64,000 nt of DNA from Epithemia pelagica (Eukaryota; Protista; Bacillariophyta). Shown in pieces: positions 10,464-22,205 of the stretch; position 1 is the stretch's first letter, and each line of letters begins with the position of its first letter. The notes below the pieces were generated by a model. That model did no database searches, was not told the DNA's origin, and saw only the letters and a list, made by a program, of their open reading frames with translations. The translations under genes were made by a program, and so were the position numbers. The DNA lies in assembly GCA_946965045.2 (NCBI GenBank), contig OX337228.1, positions 1,240,001-1,304,000 on the forward strand. The letters run 5' to 3'.

Positions 10464-11240
10464 AATTCTCACCGTCTATGGTGGTTAGATTCTACATCTC
10501 ATCGATTCCCCATGTCACATAGCCTCGTGCTACCGCATCATGCCCTCTAGCTTCGAGCTATGTTTCCTAGCTTCGCGCTATATCGACCTATATTTCTTCG
10601 CAAATCATGAAAAGTGAGAATAGATTGACGAACTCACTCTCAAGACTAAACTGGGTCGTGCGGTATTACAACGGACGTAAATTTGGCCGTTGCTCGGACA
10701 TTATACTAACGCCCTAAGCGTACGCGCCCGAAATCACCGAGCGCGCCCAAGCGACATCCGAGCGCTATCGGCATCTATCCGACCCAACGGTCTAAGTATC
10801 CCAAGCACGACACACGATCACGCGAGACCATATTTCCATTCCCACAATCTCCAAATTGTCAACAAGCTGCGCGCCATGAAAACAACTATGCCAACCCAAA
10901 GCAAGAGCTGTTGACCCTGTATATGTTATCCGCCCACATATACATGTCATATACATCACATGAATCAACTCCAACTATTCCAAACCTGTTGCCGCCAAGA
11001 ACCTATGACACATGACCCTTGGCAGGACCGAACATTTCACGTAGACCTATCGTAGTAATCAACACACAATCTAACAATATCACCATTTATCACATCCTCT
11101 TTTGTGTCCCGACTATCCTTCTGATAGACTTCGACTTGCTTGCTTCTCTGACCCTGAGAAGCTTGTATCGGTTGGTGACCTACCTGATTGTCTGCTCTAC
11201 CGAGCATCAATGTCCCTACGATTCAGAAAGAATTGTAACA
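10458..11240 (+). repeat. 3' LTR (783 bp)
   Basis: Matches 2857-3639, preceded by the PPT and followed by the TSD CTTCG. Confidence 0.97.
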
Positions 11241-11245
11241 CTTCG

Positions 11246-11789
11246 CTCCAAATGGCACGATCTCGAAGTGGATCCTACTCTTCGGATCTTGCTATTGGAA
11301 TTTCTTCGGTCGTATCTCAAGAACACGTCTCCATCATTTCCTACTGTTCCTCGTCCATATCATCGCGCTATCTTATCACAACTAGCAATTGGTCATGAAC
11401 AAGTCTTTCTTGGTCGCTTTTCTTCTCTGTGGGCTAAGCTCCAAGACGATTACTTGCTTCGTACTTCTCTCTCCTCTCAGTTTTTCTCTGGCACTCGCAT
11501 TCTTACTGCTACCATTAATCTCATTTGGCTGCATGTTTTTACTCTTTGGACCCGCCGTAATCAAGATCTCCACGGTGACTCTCCTGAGACTATCGAGACC
11601 GCTGCATATGAACAAGCCAAACGGGAAGTTCTCGCTCTGTATGCCCTCAAACATCAAGTCCCACCGTCGGACGTCATTCTCTTCTACGATACTCCCGAAC
11701 TTCACTTCTCCATTGATACCACCTCACTCGCTCTTCGCAATTGGCTCAACACATGGCGACCCGTTATTCTTCGGTCTGCTTTCCCGTGA
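11246..11789 (+). mobile_element. 3' remainder of the interrupted LINE ORF (about 180 aa)
   Basis: Removing the copia element and one TSD copy gives ...DWFDSLADDLR-SKWHDLEVDPTLR... in frame. Contains the LWTRRNQDLHG motif typical of LINE C-termini. Confidence 0.9.
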
Positions 11790-12091
11790 TTTCTTCCATT
11801 CTAGTACTGTTAGTCCTCGCCTAGGTTCTAGGCCGGGCGCGTCGGTCGACGGCACCCTAGCGGGTCCGCGCGGCAGCGTTAAAATAGACTGTACCTTTTT
11901 TTTTTCCAGATCTTTTTCGTCCGTCTCCTTCGCTTTCTTGTGTGGTTCTTTCGAATGGTTTTGGTCCGCCAGTCAACATCAACGTGCAGCCGCAACGGAA
12001 GGAGACAGAGAGTTGCTCTCTGTTACAGTGCATTATTGAAACGAGATTTCCAATCGCTCTCTTGTCTATTCGTCCAGACAAAGTCTTTCTC

Positions 12092-13634
12092 ATGTTCCCC
12101 TCATTGGCCCGTGGCATTGCCCCCAAGGCATTCAAGTCTACTACAACAGCAACTCGATTCATGTCATCGTCTTCACACAACAAGGTGGCCGTTTTGGGAG
12201 CGGCTGGAGGCATTGGCCAACCTCTCTCCATGTTGTTGAAACTCAGTCCTCATGTCGATGAACTCTCGTGTTACGATATTCAAGGTACACCTGGTGTGGC
12301 CGCCGATCTCAGCCATGTATGTATCGTGGTTTGTTCGTGCTTTGGGAGTTTGTTTTCAATGCTATTTATGCCATTGCTACAGTGTTTCTGGTTTGAGTGA
12401 GCGGTGTCGTTCCGTTCCCTTGTACGGATGTTGTGTACACTCCCTGTATTTACAGATGGATGGACAACGGTCTAATTCATTGTGCCTTGCTTTGACCATC
12501 TCGTTATGTTGTATCCTTACATGGATTCATTCTTGTCTTCGTTTTCTTGATGACAGATTCCCACCAAGGCTCAAGTGTCCGGTTGTTTGCCTTCACCGGG
12601 AGCCTGGCCCCCACGAGGCAATGAAGGATTGGGTGAGGCCTTGACCGGTGCCTCGGTTGTCGTCATTCCAGCCGGAGTACCTCGCAAACCTGGTATGACA
12701 CGCGATGATTTGTTCAATGTACGTACGATTGATTGATACTACCATCGTCATGCGTCGTGTGATGCACAGTCTGTGGTCCGTCCCTGGGAAGAGTACACAA
12801 AGAATTGGTTCAAAGATGCTGGGTCTCATGCCAACGGTGCTGTTACTGTTTTTCTTTTATGACCTGGTTAACCAATGATTCGGTTCCTTTCGTATTCCTT
12901 GTTTCCCATTTTTTCTTTCGTCATTTGCCTTTATTCGGATGATCATGATTCGTCTTTCTTGATTGATTTCGCAGACCAACGCATCCATCGTCAAGCAATT
13001 GGTGGAGGGCTGTGCCGAGTATTGTCCCAATGCCTTGTTAGCCATTATTAGCAACCCCGTCAATAGTACCGTGCCCATTGCAGCCGAGGTCTTGAAAGCC
13101 AAGGGGGTGTACAATCCTCAGAAACTCGTGGGTGTGACAACTTTGGATGTGATTCGAGCCAATACCTTTGTATCCAGTCACATGGGTGTGGATCCTTCGA
13201 CGGTCGATGTCACGGTGATTGGTGGTCATGCCGGTATTACCATTTTGCCCCTCTTTTCCCGCGTGCCGGGATTTTCGGCAGCACCGGAGGATTTGGAAGC
13301 CATGACGGTCCGAACTCAATTTGGTGGAGACGAAGTGGTCAAGGCCAAGGCTGGATCGGGGAGTGCCACTTTATCCATGGCCTATGCCGGCTATGTCTTT
13401 ACCGAAAATGTGCTCAAGGGATTAAAGGGTGACAAGGTGGTCCAATGTGCCTTTGTGGAATCGACCGTGACGGATGCTCCCTACTTTGCCTCGCCGTGTG
13501 AATTTGGACCCTCCGGCGTCGAACAAGTACAAGGATATGGTGACTTGACACCCTACGAACAAGGCTGGTTTGACAAAATGATGCCCGACTTGAAAAAACA
13601 AATTCAAAAGGGCATTGATTTTGTGGCCAAGTAG
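12092..13634 (+). CDS. MDH: Mitochondrial malate dehydrogenase (3 exons)
   Basis: Exons 12092-12316, 12557-12718 and 12975-13634 with GT-AG introns. Motifs [49 protein letters not shown]. Ser/Thr/Arg-rich presequence. Confidence 0.95.
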
Positions 13635-13727
13635 CAATACAAGAAGATAGGATGCGAGTAGAGATTCCGTAACGTGTATAAAGAAGAACAGTGTATGTGA
13701 ACCGCAGTCAGAGAGATTCAATTGGAA

Positions 13728-13923
13728 TAAGAGAGATTCAATTGGAAACTTACCGTCCCCTTAGGTTCGATTTTGAGTTGGAAGGCAGTCAATGCTTGGA
13801 GCCGTGTGTGTATACGGAGCTCGAAGGCAGGCTAAACTACCTAGACCATTAGGTTCGATTGTGAGTTGGAAGGCAGTCAATGCTTGGAGCCGTGAGTTGG
13901 AAGGCAGGCTAAACTACCTAGAC
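13728..13923. repeat. Short intergenic tandem duplications
   Basis: AGAGATTCAATTGGAA x2, then two imperfect 75-86 bp units (13761-13846, 13849-13923) sharing TTAGGTTCGATT...GGAGCCGTG and GAAGGCAGGCTAAACTACCTAGAC. Confidence 0.85.
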
Positions 13924-14182
13924 GTCATGAGTGTTTTCAGGTCATTTCATAGAGTGCCATCGTGTTCGGGTGGGCTCTTAGCTCCAATCTACCCTTGTCC
14001 ACTGTCACGAAAACAAAATGTTATAAGGTTACTACTATACTCCATACGGTACGAAGCAACGAACATGTCTAAACAAGATTAGAAAGATGGACCTCAATCC
14101 TCAATCACAGCGACACTGCGCAGTGTATCGAATCTACTGATTTCATTGCAACAAATGAACCTCAATCAAAGACACTGTGCAT

Positions 14183-16589
14183 CTAATCCACTTGTTCCAT
14201 GGCGGATTCTTCATTGTCATCGCCATCTTCCAAGGGCGGCAAATCGTCCATTTCGGCATCCCCGGCCGCATCGGCATCATCATCGTCGTCAATGGACAAT
14301 CCAAGCTTGACCAAACGGTGGATACGCGAGGCAAAGGTAGCGGGTTCATCCAACGAAAAGCCCGAAGTGAGTAAACTCGTGTCGTACAAGAGCCAGATCA
14401 AATCCTTGACCGTCTTGTCCGATTGATCGGCTTCCGCCTTTTCGCGCAGGGCCGAAATAATCGAGTTGGTCGGGTTGATTTCCATCGTCTTGCGAGACGA
14501 CATGTAAGAGGATTGAGTGGCATCTCGTAGGGCTTGGGCTTTCATGATACGTTCCATGTTGGCCGTCCATCCATATTCGCCCGTCACCAAGACACAGGGT
14601 GAATCGGCCAAACGAGCCGAAACAACAACCTTTTCCACCTTGTCGTCCAGGACTTCCTTCATGAGCTTGCACAAACCTTGCGTCTTTTCCTTGGCTTCCT
14701 CAAAGGCCTTCTTTTCGTCCTCGTCATCGTCCAATTCAAGACCTTCCTTGGTGGCACTGATAAGCTTCTTGCCTTCGTATTCCTTCAATTGTTGGACGGC
14801 GTACTCATCAATGGGGTCGACCATATACAAGACTTCGTATCCCTTCTTCTTGAGGCGTTCCAAAAAGGGCGAAGTTTCGACAGCCCGCTTGGATTCTCCC
14901 GTCACGTAGTAGATACCAGGTTGCTTGTCGTCCATGCGGCTGACATAGTCGTCCAGAGAGGTCATTTCTTCGCCACTCTTGGTGGAATAGTAACGCAACA
15001 ACTTGGCAATCTTGGCACGGTTGGTTGAGTCCTCGTGGACACCCAATTTCAAGTTCTTGGAGAAGGATTCATAAAACTTTTTGTAGGCGTCGTCATTCTC
15101 AGTGAGATCATTAAACATCTCAATGCACTTCTTGATCAAGTTCTTCTTGATGACACGAAGAATCTTGTTTTGTTGAAGCGTCTCACGAGAAATATTAAGC
15201 GGCAAATCCTCAGAATCGACAACACCCTTAATGAATGAGAGCCATTCGGGCATCAAGTCTTCGCAATTGTCCATGATAAAGACACGTCGGACATAGAGCT
15301 TGATGTGGTTCCACTTTTTCTTGTTGCCTCCTTCAAACATGTCAAAGGGCGCTCGCTTGGGCGTAAAGAGAATGGCACGGAATTCCAATTGACCCTCAAC
15401 GGAAAAGTGCTTGACGGCGGCATGTTCCTCCCAATCGTTGGAGACGGATTTGTAAAAGGAGACATATTCGTCCTGGGTAACATCGTCGGGCTTGCGCATC
15501 CAAATGGGTTTCATATTGTTCAAGTGTTCCCATTCGTGGCTCACTTCCTTAATCTTTTTGGTCTTTTTCTCCTTCTTTTCCTCTTCTTCATCCACTTCTT
15601 CAATCTTGGGCTTGTCATCCTCGCCCTCTTCTTCCTCGTCGTCATCATCGTCGTCCGGCACTTCCTTCTCCGTGGTCTTTTCCGTATACAACTTGATGGG
15701 GAATCCAATAAATTCGGAATGTTTCTTGACCAAATCCTTAATGCGTTTTTCTTCCAAGTACTCGGACATGTCCTCCTTCATGTGCAAAATAATGCGGGTT
15801 CCTCGCTTGACTTCGGAATCGGGCACTTTGGAAATGGTAAAGGAACCACCGGCTTCACTGGACCAAATGTGGGCATCGCCATCTTCATTGTTTTTGGAGA
15901 CCACTTCGACCTTGTCGGCCACCAAATAGGCCGAATAAAAGCCCACACCGAATTGTCCAATCATGCTGATGTCGGCTCCGGCCGACAAGGCTTCCATAAA
16001 GGCCTTGGTTCCCGACTTGGCAATCGTTCCCAAATTGTTCACGAGATCGGCCTTGGTCATTCCAATCCCGGAATCTTCAATCGTCAAGGTATTGTTGGCC
16101 TTGTCCGCCACCAACTTGATTTGGAGTTCCGGTTCGGCATCCAAGACGGTCGCATCCGTCAAGGACTGGTAACGAATCTTGTCCAAGGCATCGGACGAGT
16201 TGGAAATCAATTCACGCAAAAAAATCTCCTTGTTGGAATAAAACGTGTTAATGACTAAAAGAACAGGCGTGTGTGAGTGTCTCCACCAACCATTTTGGAA
16301 GCAATGGCATCTCTGTAAACTTACTCAACGAAAGAAGCTGGTTGATATCAGCCGAAAAGGCATAACTTTCCGAATCTGCGGCACTCTGAAGATTCCAAAC
16401 AAACGAACAACAACAACAACAAACGTGTCAGAGTCACATCCCCAAACACCAGGATTCACGACAAATCCTGCACACCAATGCTCCCGCCCCCCAAGGATTC
16501 GACACTGGATACGGATGCTTCCAAGGAACCTTCGGTTCGGTCACCTCTCCATTCGATTGACTTGACAAGGCATGGATGGAACGTACCAT
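14183..16589 (-). CDS. HSP90: Cytosolic HSP90 (3 exons; the first exon is the ATG alone)
   Basis: Exons 16589-16587, 16385-16325 ([20 protein letters not shown]) and 16254-14183. Motifs [21 protein letters not shown] and [10 protein letters not shown]; C-terminal MEQVD. Confidence 0.97.
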
Positions 16590-17217
16590 GGTGGTGGTTG
16601 TTGGTGTTGGTATTGCAAATGGCACAAGAGAGACGATGCACGTCGAACGACAAAGATTTCAGGCTTTGTTTTTTATGAGACTCTTCTTTCGTCGAAATGA
16701 AAATGGTTCTGGTTGGTTGGGAGGAAAGGAGGAAGGACGTGGTTGGAGGGAGTGGGACTGAGCGTGGATCCTCAGCGTTTGAGATAACACGGTCGTATAA
16801 TAAGGGTACAATTCGGAGTATATACAAACGATAGGAAATTTGAAGAATGCGATGGATGAGCAACGAAAGTTTTCGACCTCCACGATGAGGATGGAAATCG
16901 ATCGCGCGGGTCTCCTTTTCGTAGAGGACGTCATATTCGTGATTCAGGACACTCATGATTTGTGATAGTGACTAAGGGATCGTGTGTGACGTCATGGATC
17001 CTAGGGCCAAGACAGACACCGCGTCCATCTTTTGGTCCACGCACAAAGATCCTCTCGCTTTTCTTGTCCGAGAGTAGATTGGCTGTCATCAATCAACAAC
17101 AAATAGGAGAAGAGGAACTTGTTGAGATTCTCGTTTTCTACTCCACTGGATTGCTGTCCTTCCATCGTCGTCGTCCTCCTCATTGATTGTTGTCTATCAA
17201 TCAATTGGTAATTCATC

Positions 17218-19282
17218 ATGTCCGTTTCCCAGGGTTCCGAGATTCCGCTCTTGGCGGGTGGATTCATTTCGCTCGATACCGTCCAGGCCAAGATTGATAC
17301 GCGGTATCGTCGTACCAAGATTGTTTGTACAATCGGACCGGCCTGTTGGGAAGTCCCGCAATTGGAAACCTTGATTGAAGCGGGGATGAATGTGGCTCGA
17401 CTCAACTTTTCGCATGGCGATCATGCTGGACACGGGGCCGTCTTGCAACGCGTCCGACAAGCGGCCGAAAACAAACGCAAAAATGTTGGTACGTGGAACC
17501 CGTAAAATCAAAACAGACACTGAGCAAACTCTGTGCATGTGCACAAAAAGACGGCTGGTTGCTGTATTTTTGCTTTTGGTTCATTCTTTGTGCTACGCAT
17601 TGCTTGGAGGATTGCTACTCTTCGTATAATGTATCCGAAATGCCTCTCATCATTGCTCTCTCTCTTGTGTTGCGTTTGTTCCTCCTCTCTGTCTTGGAAT
17701 ACTCTGCGGTCGGTCTGCAATCACATAGCCATTATGTTGGATACCAAGGGTCCGGAAATCCGATCGGGTTTCTTTGCCAACAATGCCAAAAAGATTGATT
17801 TGGTCAAGGGCGAAACCATTGTCTTGACGACGGATTATCATTTCAAGGGCGACGCCAAAAAGTTGGCCTGTTCCTATGCCGCCTTGGCCACTTCCGTCAA
17901 ACCCGGACAACGCATCTTGGTAGCCGATGGAAGTTTGGTCTTGACCGTCTTGTCCATTGATGCCACGGTCGGTGAAGTGAGTTGCCGCATTGAAAATCAT
18001 GCCAGTATTGGAGAACGCAAAAACATGAATTTACCCGGGGTCGTTGTCGAATTGCCCACCTTTACCGAAAAGGATGTCGACGATATTGTCAATTTTGGTA
18101 AGGACACGGTTGTGCGTGTGTGTTGTGCGTGCGTTGTGCGAGATGCGCCCTTGGGTCGGTGTCGTGTTGTATGCTTGTCCGCACCTCTATAGTAGAGTTG
18201 CAACGATGGACGCATTGGGAATGGAACTCAATTTCTTTCTCTCTGTTTTGCTGTTATGTATGCCGTGGCGGATTTTTGGGTGTTTCTCGCTCTCCTGTCG
18301 TCTTGGTGGAATAGGTATCAAACACCGAGTCGATTACATTGCCGCATCTTTTGTCCGCAAACAGAACGATGTCACCAACTTGCGTCAATTGTTGGCGGAG
18401 AATGGTGGCCAAGAAATTAAGATTATTTGCAAGATTGAAAATCAAGAAGGCCTGGAAAATTATCAAGAAATTTTGCAAGCCACCGATTCCATCATGGTCG
18501 CTCGTGGCGATTTGGGTATGGAAATTCCTCCCCAAAAAGTCTTTTTGGCGCAAAAACACATGATCCGGGAGGCCAATTTGGCCGGCAAGCCCGTCATTAC
18601 CGCCACTCAAATGTTGGAATCCATGATTAACAATCCCCGTCCCACCCGTGCCGAATGTTCCGATGTCGCCAATGCGGTCTTGGATGGTTCCGACGTGGTC
18701 ATGCTCAGTGGTGAAACCGCCAATGGACCCTACTTTGAAGCCGCCGTCCGCGTCATGGCCAGGACCTGCTGCGAAGCCGAAAACAGCCGCAACTACAATG
18801 CGCTCTTTATGGCGGTCCGGACATCGATTTTGGTACGGTATGGTCGTCTCACGGCCACGGAATCCTTGGCCAGTTCGGCCGTCAAGACGGCCATTGATGT
18901 CAATGCCGCCATTGTCGTGGTCTTGACCGAAACGGGACGAACGGCTCGTTTCGTTTCCAAGTTTTGTCCCGGTCGTCCCGTCGTTTGTTTGACCCCCTCC
19001 GAATCGGTGGCTCGTCAAGCGGCCGGCTTGTACAAGGCCGTGCATGCCTACAAAGTGGATAGCCTCAAGGACGATATCGGTTTGGCCAAGGAAACGGGCA
19101 TTGAAGCTGTCCGAGCCGGTGTCGCCAAACCGGGAGACTTGATGGTCATTGTGTCGGGAATGTTGTATGGAGATTCGGCCAACAATCAAGTTCGTGTCGA
19201 ACCCATTGGAGAAGTTCCCGAAGATGATGGCATCCTCCCCTTGCCTCGTTTGGTATCCTTTGTGTTTCCGACTGGCACCTAA
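17218..19282 (+). CDS. PK: Pyruvate kinase (3 exons), no obvious targeting peptide
   Basis: Exons 17218-17488, 17729-18097 and 18315-19282. Motifs [52 protein letters not shown]. Confidence 0.95.
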
Positions 19283-19498
19283 CTCCACAAAAGACGACGA
19301 CGAAAAAGAAGAAGAAGAAAACAGAACCGGAAGAACATATTATAGATTATGGTGTATATGATGAATCACAAAGTTTCTATAAGATATAATATTATATGAA
19401 TGCGAGAGCCGATTCCATCCCATAACGTAGGGCGAATGAAGTAGTAGTACTATTATGCAGAAGAACGTCCAACCAAACCAAGCGTGCCACTGCGGGAG

Positions 19499-22205
19499 TT
19501 AAAAGTTCCACGGTGCACCCGTCCAACTGAGATTGCGTCGCACGGATGAGGATGGCAAAGACGACGAGGTCCGGTGTCGACCCTGTTTTTGGCGTTTTTC
19601 TTGTTCTTGATCCTGTTTGGAATGCAATTCTTCCAACAAGGGAATGCTCCGAGCCAGGGGTACACCGACCACCGCAATGCGATTCTCGTGATCGGGTCGT
19701 TGCCAAGGAAAGGCATGCTGCTGCTGTTGTTGTTGGTGGTGGTGCAGTGGTGGTACGTGATTTTGTTGTTGTTGTTGCTCCGGTTGACCTATGAGGGGCC
19801 ATTCTCCTCCTCCAAAGGCTGTGTGCGGCAAATCAATTGGACTGCATCCATTGGACAGGACATGTGTCTTGTTCAAAACAAAGCTATTGTTGTCCAAACC
19901 GTTGGGAAGGATTGGATCCAGGTTGTGGATATTGTGATGGTGCTGCTGCAACTGGGGGACACCAATAATGGAAATGCCCGATGCCGTGTTGTAGGCCACG
20001 GAGCATTCCGACAGTTCAATCCGTTTCGATTGTTCCACATAGACTCCCGAATGTCCTCGCGCAATGCCACCATGGGAATTTCCAGTTCCATTGTACCAGA
20101 TATCGCATTTGGTCAAGCTGGCACAACTTCCTCGACCGCCCACATAAACGCCCGTGGCAGCGCAATGGGACACATATACGGAATCGCAAATCAATTGGCC
20201 ACCATCGACCGTGACAATGCCTCGACCCGACGTGGACTTGACGGACGATTGTTGGATAATGGCTGTGGCACTGGGGATCAAGGCCAAGATACTGCCACTG
20301 GCATGGACATAGGAGGGATGGACTTGAATGGCGGCATTGCCATTCCAAATATCCACGCCCGAACAGGAGTGCTCCAAATCAACTTGTTTCAAAATCAATT
20401 GGCCTCTCAAGACGCGAATGAGAGGTTCATTGCGACGACGTGTCTTGCTTTGAATCAAGGCTCGTTTGGGAATGGGAACATGAGGAGTCGTTTTGCTATC
20501 CTTCTTGTGGCCAGGGTCCTCAGTGATCGTCGACGCTTGAGTGGTGGTTGCCGAGTCGGGATGACATTCGGCCGGTTGACTTTTCTCGGGTGGTTGTTGT
20601 TGTTGTTGCTGCTGTTGTTTGACTTGCTGGTCTTGCAAATACGCTTCCATAGCGGCTTCCTCTTGTTCCTCACCACCGCCAGTCTGCGGAGGACCGGTAT
20701 GCATGGTTCGAATCGTCACTTGCGTGGATCGTCGAAGCGTGGAAACGACAATGGCTTGGGAAACATTGTGGGTCGTTTCGGGTCGTAACCAAATGGTGAC
20801 ATTGGTTTGAATTTCCGGACACGTGGCCGCCGAAGATGGATTGCCTGTACTGCCACCATTGGCCGATTGTTTGTGACTGTATCGACGATATTGTTTGGCC
20901 GTCCAACCCGTACCCACAACGGCCAAGGCCAAACCAATGGTGGGAAAATCAATGGGAACACAGGGATTGACTCGATAATGCTCCTTCCAGGATTCCGGTT
21001 CTGGATCGCCAGGATGCCACTGTGGTACATACCAACATGAAATGACAAGAACAAGACGAAACACAAAATACAACAACAACAAGCAGCATAGATTTAAGAG
21101 TTCGACAATGTGTGTGTGTGAGAGAGAGAATCTCTTTGGGCGTGCTCCTCTCATCCGGAAGAAGAGGATATCTCAAGCAAGCAAGCAAGCAAGCAAACAA
21201 ACACCACATACCTTGTACAATTCTTCACAGAGGACACGCCAGGCCACTTCTTGTTGAAGCAAATGATGGAGAAAGCGTTGGGTTCGGACCAAATGCCGCA
21301 TGAGACTGGGTCCCAAAAAGGCCAAGATTTTGAGAGTCACTTCCGAGGGACAGGTGGTCCGCCAAAAATCCAGCACGGCCAAGACATCGGCCAAGGGAGG
21401 ATATCGTTTTGTATTGTGTTGTTGCAATCGTCGGGTCATGGTCAAAATATGATGACGTTTCACCTTATTGTTGTTCTGAGTAGTCGAAGTGTGACCCTTG
21501 GTCTTGTGAGATGCCTCAGTGTTGTTGTTANNNNNNNNNNNNNNNNNNNNNNNNNNNNNNNNNNNNNNNNNNNNNNNNNNNNNNNNNNNNNNNNNNNNNN
21601 NNNNNNNNNNNNNNNNNNNNNNNNNNNNNNNNNNNNNNNNNNNNNNNNNNNNNNNNNNNNNNNNNNNNNNNNNNNNNNNNNNNNNNNNNNNNNNNNNNNN
21701 NNNNNNNNNNNNNNNNNNNNNNNNNNNNNNTAGCGGCGGCTGCTTCTGTCGTATTAGACTGATAGGATGTGGTGGGTGGATCGTCCAGTGTGGTGGTGGG
21801 AGTCCGACGGGACGTACGACTCATGGTGGCGCGGCCTCCTCCTCCAACGATCCACGAGTGTCCGCCGCTGTTGCTATTATTAGTATTGTTGTTGTTGCCC
21901 GGAGGATCCTGCTCCGAAGGATCTGCCGCAGCCAAATTGGGAGCGGCCGGCAATTCACTCAACAACAAATCTCGCAGCAACGTGCTGTTGTTGGATCGTG
22001 GTTGCTGGTGTCGGCGAGAGGGAGTGACAAACCCAGCCAGGGGATGCGTCAAAGTCGTCGTTGTGGTTGTGGAAGAACGAGTGGATCTTCGAGGAGGGGA
22101 AACACTGCTGCGACGACGATTGCGTGTGGCGGCCAGCAAGAGCCGTTGGGTTCGACGACGACTCGTTTCATTCGTGTTGTTGCCGTTGTTGCTTCCGCGT
22201 GCCAT
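19499..22205 (-). CDS. Probable F-box-like protein with a C-terminal right-handed beta-helix region; spans the assembly gap
   Basis: F-box-like TCPSEVTLKILAFL...AWRVLCEELYK, joined by intron 21211-21020 to WHPGDPEPESWKEHY. Beta-helix-like repeats (GVYVGGRGSCASLTKCDIWYNG). The 5' part is uncertain because of the Ns. Confidence 0.6.
21531..21730. other. Assembly gap (200 N)
   Basis: Run of N. Confidence 1.

Larger units (their letters stand above)
2857..11240 (+). mobile_element. Full-length Ty1/copia LTR retrotransposon (CoDi-like), 8384 bp
   Basis: Two 783-bp LTRs (TGTTAGAATT...AATTGTAACA), 5-bp TSD CTTCG at 2852-2856 and 11241-11245, PBS at 3640-3653, PPT GGGGAG at 10452-10457, and an intact Gag-PR-IN-RT-RH ORF. 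Confidence 0.98.

Noticed and set aside
16590-17217. Heat-shock elements in the HSP90/PK divergent promoter
   Set aside because: I found only mis-spaced GAA/TTC pairs and no canonical nGAAnnTTCn array.
21531-21730. ORFs running through the N block
   Set aside because: Artefacts of the assembly gap.
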